Shown piece after piece: positions 26,673-32,000 of a stretch of DNA of 32,000 bases; the first letter of the stretch is position 1; every line of letters starts with the position of its first letter. The stretch comes from Wolbachia endosymbiont strain TRS of Brugia malayi (GTDB lineage Bacteria > Pseudomonadota > Alphaproteobacteria > Rickettsiales > Anaplasmataceae). A program made the translations under genes and the position numbers. The DNA lies in the NCBI RefSeq assembly GCF_000008385.1, contig NC_006833.1, positions 960,001 through 992,000 of the forward strand. The letters run 5' to 3'. The notes beneath the pieces are model-generated. The model was not told the DNA's origin. It made no database searches and was given only the letters and a program-made list of their open reading frames with translations.

Positions 26673-29007
26673 AGAACACTGGTAACCACTTATTCACTTC
26701 TTCTCCTTTTTCTTTTATTGCTTCATACATATATTTTATAGTCTCTCTGTTAGCTGAGAGCACATGTATTTCTTGTATATTCTTCAAATCTAAATTTAAA
26801 GTTACTAATCCTTTATACTGCTTTATCAAAAATAAACCTTCTTGAGTTGGTGTTTGCAAAATTATATTCAGCTCCTCTTTTGATAGGGAAAATGCTTTCA
26901 TATACAACCTATTTGCATTGAAGTTCGGCATTAAAATTCTTGTATCAACATGCTTATCCAAATATTGAGTAAATTCGCTAGCAAATGCTAGGTTTAAGTT
27001 CTCAGTACTCAGAATTACCACAACGTTTAATTCTGTCATCCTTTGCATCCAATTATCGAACCCTTCCTCTGTAGGAAAAATACTACTTATCTCCCATGCT
27101 TCATCCAAAACAAGTATTGCAGGTGAGCCATCACATTGTGCCTCAAAAGAGTATAAAAAATAGTAAAGTATCACGGACATACATTCTTTGTGCTTTGTGA
27201 GGTTTGCAGTGTTGAGAGATATAGTCTTTATTTTCCAGTCAATATCTGATTCATCACTATCCTGGAATAAGTAAGCAAACTCACCATCACCACACCATTT
27301 ACTTATCTTACCTTTCAAGAGCAAGAGCATCTCAGAAATTCGCGAAATAGAACGCGATTCTCTAGGTATAGCAAATATAGAATCTACAACTTTTTTTATC
27401 TTTTCTTTTATACCTACCAAGCTAGTATCGGCCACCATTCTTTTGATCAGTTCAACCAGCATACTACGGTTGGAAGCACTATCTTCAATGTTTAATGGGT
27501 TAAATTTTAGGCTTTTATTCTTATATTTCGGATCGATTATATAATACTTACCACTCACTGCTTTGGTAAAAATTATTGATTTTCCGGTGTTATCTAATAT
27601 GATAATTCTAGGATTAAATTTTCTTGACTCTGATAATAGAAAATTAATCAATGAGGTCCTACCCGAATTTGGAGCTCCAAGTATCGTAGTGTGACCATTG
27701 TTTTTCTTTCCATGAAAATTAAAGAAGTAAGGACTCCCCTTTTTTGAAAAAAAGACTGTTACTGCTTCTTTCCACCTTCCACCTTTTAATGTACCTGAAG
27801 TAAAATCATGTAGCATAGCAAAACTGCAAGCATATTTTGCTAATATATTTTTCGGTTGTGTAACAAAAGCAAAATTACCTGGAAGTTGTGCCCAAAAATG
27901 ATTTTCCATATGAAGGTCAGTTCTGAACATCATCAAACCAATTAACGACATCACGGAGGATAAACTACTAATATTCTCGGCCAATCTATTTCTATCATCT
28001 GCAAAAATCGTAAAAATAATTTTCTGTTGGCAAAAGTCTATAGTAGAAGTTCCTTCAAGTTCTATTATTTCTTTTATTTCTGAATTCCTAAGCAAGGTAT
28101 TATCTTCACTGACTTGCAGCATATTAATTTGTTTTTTAAATTCTTTCATCGCTTTGTTATTACTAGTAAATATTATTATTTCTGTAATAATGAGCTCAGA
28201 GTCAAGTTGCAAGCACCTGTCTATATTCCCCAGGGGAATTTCACGATATTCCTTTATACAAAAAACAGAACCAAACTTCTGCTGATTTTCAAATATTGTT
28301 TGAAACGTGTTAAAACCAAAGGCTATCTTTAAATTTTTAATATATTGCGATAGATCCCTTTCACATATTGGATGATCTTTGTGCGTTAATGTAACAATAT
28401 AATGGAGAAACTCTATCATTTCAGAATATACTTTATCTCCATTAAACCTCAGAGCCAGCTTTTTGGCCCCAAAAGGTTCTAAGTCACTTTGAATTAAGTC
28501 AGTTACCCTCTGTAATTCCTGATGGTTTTCTTGTAAAGATAGCTTATGCTTATTTCTTATCCCACCAAAAAAAAATGAATTATTACTATGCTTATTAAAA
28601 TCGCTAACCAATATTACAATGTATAACTCGTTTATATATCGTAATTTACTATTAGTGAGTTTATCAAGCCACGTTGAGTGTAGCTTATCAGAAAAGTCTC
28701 CAGTTTTATTCCATTTCAAACTCAGTTTATTGCGCTTCCTAACAGTATGAATCCAAACGGTAAAATATAGGCTATCAATATTTTTTGATATGCTTTTTCT
28801 AATCTCAGTTCTAAGGTCACTGTAGTTATCAGCAGAGGAGTAATCTTCTAATTTTATTATCTTTAACAACTCCCCCTGTTTTGTCAGTATAGTTTCTTCA
28901 TCGTAATGACAAGCATAAGGAATAAAATCTAAATCAATACTCTCTATTAATGCTAAGTTGTTCTTTTTTTCAAATTTAGGATTAATTGTTGGTGTTTTTA
29001 CCTGCAT
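26653..29007 (-). CDS. virB4: VirB4/TrbE-family type IV secretion ATPase, divergent paralog (Walker A GxxxxGRT)
   Basis: 784 aa. N-terminal FIPYACHYDEETILTKQGELLKIIKLE is typical of VirB4. Walker A is LGAPNSGRTS, with Arg where the canonical Lys sits. Walker B is PAILVLDEAWE. No VirB3-like TM region is fused. Confidence 0.85.
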   Translation of the reverse strand: MQVKTPTINPKFEKKNNLALIESIDLDFIPYACHYDEETILTKQGELLKIIKLEDYSSADNYSDLRTEIRKSISKNIDSLYFTVWIHTVRKRNKLSLKWNKTGDFSDKLHSTWLDKLTNSKLRYINELYIVILVSDFNKHSNNSFFFGGIRNKHKLSLQENHQELQRVTDLIQSDLEPFGAKKLALRFNGDKVYSEMIEFLHYIVTLTHKDHPICERDLSQYIKNLKIAFGFNTFQTIFENQQKFGSVFCIKEYREIPLGNIDRCLQLDSELIITEIIIFTSNNKAMKEFKKQINMLQVSEDNTLLRNSEIKEIIELEGTSTIDFCQQKIIFTIFADDRNRLAENISSLSSVMSLIGLMMFRTDLHMENHFWAQLPGNFAFVTQPKNILAKYACSFAMLHDFTSGTLKGGRWKEAVTVFFSKKGSPYFFNFHGKKNNGHTTILGAPNSGRTSLINFLLSESRKFNPRIIILDNTGKSIIFTKAVSGKYYIIDPKYKNKSLKFNPLNIEDSASNRSMLVELIKRMVADTSLVGIKEKIKKVVDSIFAIPRESRSISRISEMLLLLKGKISKWCGDGEFAYLFQDSDESDIDWKIKTISLNTANLTKHKECMSVILYYFLYSFEAQCDGSPAILVLDEAWEISSIFPTEEGFDNWMQRMTELNVVVILSTENLNLAFASEFTQYLDKHVDTRILMPNFNANRLYMKAFSLSKEELNIILQTPTQEGLFLIKQYKGLVTLNLDLKNIQEIHVLSANRETIKYMYEAIKEKGEEVNKWLPVFYGKCKT

Positions 29008-29037
29008 ACAATATCATGCGTATTTAATAAAGATATT

Positions 29038-29415
29038 CTACAAGTGATACTTAATTTTTATCTTTTTTTTACTATCAGGTTGCACTTTTACAAAGTTAAA
29101 CTTTTCTTTCAAGTAATCCGTTGTCTTTTCTATGCTACCTAACATCATAACCAGTACACCAAACATTATCATAAAAAAGATCAGGCCCCTAAACACTATT
29201 GCAAGTACCACTGCAGCTATACATAGCCCTATGATTATTGAAGGACTCATATTTTCTACAGTACCTTTTACTGACAATGAAGAAACAAAATTTTTTACCG
29301 TTTCTTGTACATCCTTTAACTCATCGCTCACCGAACCTGCTTCGCTAGAATATGATGAAAAAATAAAGCTTAACAGGGCTATAAAAATCAAAACTTTATT
29401 CAATTGAATGTGCAT
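29038..29415 (-). CDS. VirB2/TrbC-like pilin-type protein
   Basis: 125 aa from the ATG at 29415; the ORF track starts one codon earlier at a TTG. Cleavable-looking signal peptide (LIFIALLSFIFSSYSSEA), then two hydrophobic helices separated by FRG (IIIGLCIAAVVLAIVFRGLIFFMIMFGVLVMMLG) and a basic tail. It ends 30 nt upstream of the VirB4-like start. It lacks the VirB3 TRP-type motif. Confidence 0.55.
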   Translation of the reverse strand: MHIQLNKVLIFIALLSFIFSSYSSEAGSVSDELKDVQETVKNFVSSLSVKGTVENMSPSIIIGLCIAAVVLAIVFRGLIFFMIMFGVLVMMLGSIEKTTDYLKEKFNFVKVQPDSKKKIKIKYHL

Positions 29416-29525
29416 CAACTAAATACCTTCCAAACATCTTCTGATTATAATAACCTTCATATCAATAGGCAAGGGATGAATTTACTTATTCACTATAAGT
29501 AAACACATGTTTAATTTTTACCACC

Positions 29526-30761
29526 TTAAACATGCAGTAGGCTTCTTTCATTATTAATAACAGGACTCGAATTGGTGTACATTAATTTACTTGAAGGAGG
29601 GAGAGTTAAATACCATACAGCTACTGCTGCTGTAGCAAACACTACAGCTATAACAGACAATCCTAGAAACAATGCTCTTGATTTTATTACTACTGCCCCA
29701 ACAAAACACCCAATTGCTAAAAGAGCACAACCTGTTGTAAATATACCGTAAAATTCTCTGTTACTGAGTTGTTCTTTAGGTAGAATATTTTCACCTTTTT
29801 TTTCATTCATAGGAAGTTTCTGCATGGTAATATCTTCTACGTTCTTTTTCTTCTTAGGAGGTTGTACTGGACTTACCTTGCTGACCTGGTTTTTGTTTTC
29901 TTGCACCTGCAGCTCTTCTCTTGCAGTCTGGTCTAGTTTCATTTGGTTCTCATTTTCTTCTTTTTGTAGATTGTTATCTTCTTCAGCAGAGCTTAATATT
30001 GAGCTTACATTGCTCCTTTCACTACCTAACGGTGACTCTAAACCGTCTTCACTTAATCCAGGCAAACTTACTCCACTATCTCCACCACTACCATTATTGA
30101 GTTCAGAAGCATTTGTTTCTGGTTCTAAAGTATCCATTTTTGTAAGTAATTTTTCTCCAAAATTAAATTGACTATTATCTCTTAGATTGGGTAAGCTTCT
30201 CCAACATTTTAGACTTGTTTCTTCACATGTATTACCTGATTCTGAATTTTCAGCAGTGCAACTAAGGGTATTGTCTGCCCCATTTGCAGATTGTTCATTT
30301 GTTTCTGCATTAGAATGACTTTCATTACTGTTCTTGCTAACAGCATCTGAAGTTATTAATTTCATAATTATTTGTTCTATTTTTATTTTTTCTATTAGGT
30401 TTAGTTCTTTTGATTTTATTATTTCTCTTTTCAACGCTGGAAGAAAGTGTTGGATATAATTATTATAATATTTCTCTTGTTCTATCAGTAATTCTCCTAA
30501 TTTAGTTAATACCTCAGGACTAGCTCCTTTCTTGAACAACTTTTTGCATTTCCTGGGAGTCTTATCTTGTCCACTCTCTTGATTTTCTCGATAGTCTTTT
30601 TTTGTTACCCTTTTTTTTATAACTTTGCACAATTCTTCTGTTTTTGATGCTGAATAACACTTTACCCCTTCCAAGGCCCGTGAATTTTTAGTAGAATTGT
30701 CAAAAGAGTTGTAAGGATTATTCCCTGTTAAATTAAAAACTATCGCTACATTATCATCCAC
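29526..30761 (-). CDS. 411-aa low-complexity protein with C-terminal two-helix hydrophobic hairpin
   Basis: GTG start at 30761. A long Ser/Asn/Glu/Lys-rich segment that is probably disordered, then a basic patch (PPKKKKN), then FYGIFTTGCALLAIGCFVGAVVIKSRALFLGLSVIAVVFATAAVAVWYL. No signal peptide and no recognisable enzymatic motif. Confidence 0.6.
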   Translation of the reverse strand: MDDNVAIVFNLTGNNPYNSFDNSTKNSRALEGVKCYSASKTEELCKVIKKRVTKKDYRENQESGQDKTPRKCKKLFKKGASPEVLTKLGELLIEQEKYYNNYIQHFLPALKREIIKSKELNLIEKIKIEQIIMKLITSDAVSKNSNESHSNAETNEQSANGADNTLSCTAENSESGNTCEETSLKCWRSLPNLRDNSQFNFGEKLLTKMDTLEPETNASELNNGSGGDSGVSLPGLSEDGLESPLGSERSNVSSILSSAEEDNNLQKEENENQMKLDQTAREELQVQENKNQVSKVSPVQPPKKKKNVEDITMQKLPMNEKKGENILPKEQLSNREFYGIFTTGCALLAIGCFVGAVVIKSRALFLGLSVIAVVFATAAVAVWYLTLPPSSKLMYTNSSPVINNERSLLHV

Positions 30762-30872
30762 AGTATTCCTTCATATATAACAAAATGTATAGATACTTTT
30801 TCAGCGTTAATTTTACATTAAAATCGGATAACTATTCCCTACCGTAGGAAATTATGGCAACTTGTCTACTGG

Positions 30873-31913
30873 TTAACTACTTGCCTTGCTAATAATCAGG
30901 TCTCCTACTTTTACAGATTTACTTTCAATATAATTGCTTGCCTGTTGAATTAAAATATCTATCACTTCTTTTACAGGCTTTTCCTTATCAACCATACCGA
31001 CACTTTGACCAGCCATTAAAGATCCCGTTTCGATATCTCCTTCAATCACTGCTCCTCTTAAGGCTCCAGCCCAGAATTTCTCTATCTCAAGCTGTCCATC
31101 TTCTTTTGAGATCTGTCCCTTGTGATATTTATCAATAATTTCTTTTTGGTATTGCATAAAATCATCACTTGCTTTATTGGCTATGGCTCTTACTGGAATA
31201 ACAGGAAAATCAGCACTTATCTGTACAGAAGATATTGCATCACGTGCAGCTGATTTAATAAATACTTCCTTAAAATTCTTGTGGGCAATCGATTCATTAG
31301 TGCAAACAAATAATGTGCCTATTTGACAGCCACTTGCTCCCATCTCTAGGTAATTTACTATCATTTCTCCCCTTCCTATTCCACCTGCAACAAACACTGG
31401 TACTCGCTCATCTTTAAAATAAGGTAATATCTCCTGCGAAAGAACAGAAGTGCTGACTGGACCTATGTGCCCACCTGCTTCCATTCCCTCTATTATCAAC
31501 GCATCTACCCCCATTTTTACTAACCTCTTTGCAAGGCTCAATGATGGTGCAAAACACATAACTTCAATGCCCACATTTTTGATTTTTTCTATATTAGGCT
31601 TTACCGGTAGTCCGCCAGCAAGAACTATATGGCTCACTTTTGTTTCAATACATACATCTATCAGCTCACTCAAGTTTGGGTGCATAGTAATTAGATTTAC
31701 ACCAAATGGCTTGTTGGTTAACTTCTGTGTCTCTATAATTTCTTTTTCCAGTAAGTCTGAAGACATCGCACCACATGCAATTACACCAAAGCCACCAGCG
31801 TTTGAGATTGCTGAAACCAAATTTCTCTCTGAAACCCAGCTCATAGCACCACCCATTATTGCAAACTCACTACCAAGAAAATCTGTTCCTTTTTTCCAGA
31901 GGTTACTCAACAT
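30873..31913 (-). CDS. nitronate monooxygenase family flavoprotein (FabK-like enoyl-ACP reductase II / 2-nitropropane dioxygenase family)
   Basis: 346 aa. TIM-barrel NMO pattern: IMGGAMSWVS..LVSAISNAGGFGVI, FGVNL, IIEGMEAGGHIG and FVAGGIGRGE. Confidence 0.8.
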   Translation of the reverse strand: MLSNLWKKGTDFLGSEFAIMGGAMSWVSERNLVSAISNAGGFGVIACGAMSSDLLEKEIIETQKLTNKPFGVNLITMHPNLSELIDVCIETKVSHIVLAGGLPVKPNIEKIKNVGIEVMCFAPSLSLAKRLVKMGVDALIIEGMEAGGHIGPVSTSVLSQEILPYFKDERVPVFVAGGIGRGEMIVNYLEMGASGCQIGTLFVCTNESIAHKNFKEVFIKSAARDAISSVQISADFPVIPVRAIANKASDDFMQYQKEIIDKYHKGQISKEDGQLEIEKFWAGALRGAVIEGDIETGSLMAGQSVGMVDKEKPVKEVIDILIQQASNYIESKSVKVGDLIISKASS

Positions 31914-32000
31914 ACAACCTATATAATGCGCTTAAGAATGTTTTGTTTATCTATAAATATGTGCTTTAAAGCACCAAGTATATGTAAGATTATAAAAAAC

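Noticed and set aside
29038-29418. The 126-aa protein upstream of virB4 as VirB3.
   Set aside because: It has a cleavable-type signal peptide and a C-terminal double-helix hairpin like VirB2/TrbC pilins. It lacks the N-terminal (A/L)TRP-type motif of VirB3.

Overview
AT-rich, gene-dense segment that reads like an Anaplasmataceae chromosome, most likely Wolbachia. That assignment is an inference from gene content and from a characteristic short palindromic repeat. Blocks of conserved housekeeping genes (hda-xerD-plsC-rpsT-gltA; FKBP-like/ispA; acpP-fabF-murA-thyX; priA-recR; pdhC; an NMO/FabK-like oxidoreductase) are separated by three accessory or decaying islands. (i) 11.0-16.0 kb holds an intact 696-aa protein made of a degenerate plus an intact collagenase-like HEXXH domain, preceded by three co-oriented, heavily frameshifted pseudogenes. 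(ii) 19.5-21.6 kb holds a KAP P-loop NTPase remnant, other gene wrecks and a perfect 112-bp tandem duplication. (iii) 22.9-30.8 kb holds a minus-strand module: a disordered protein with a C-terminal TM hairpin, a VirB2-like pilin, a VirB4-like ATPase whose Walker A lysine is arginine, and a translationally coupled 931-aa Cys-rich exported protein with a glycine-rich C-terminal domain. No other T4SS genes are nearby. A relatively GC-rich palindromic repeat family (core GTCAT[TC][CT]CAG[TC][GA]C) occurs in spacers and, in frame, inside priA (twice), ispA and pdhC. I recognised no rRNA, tRNA, CRISPR array or intact transposase.
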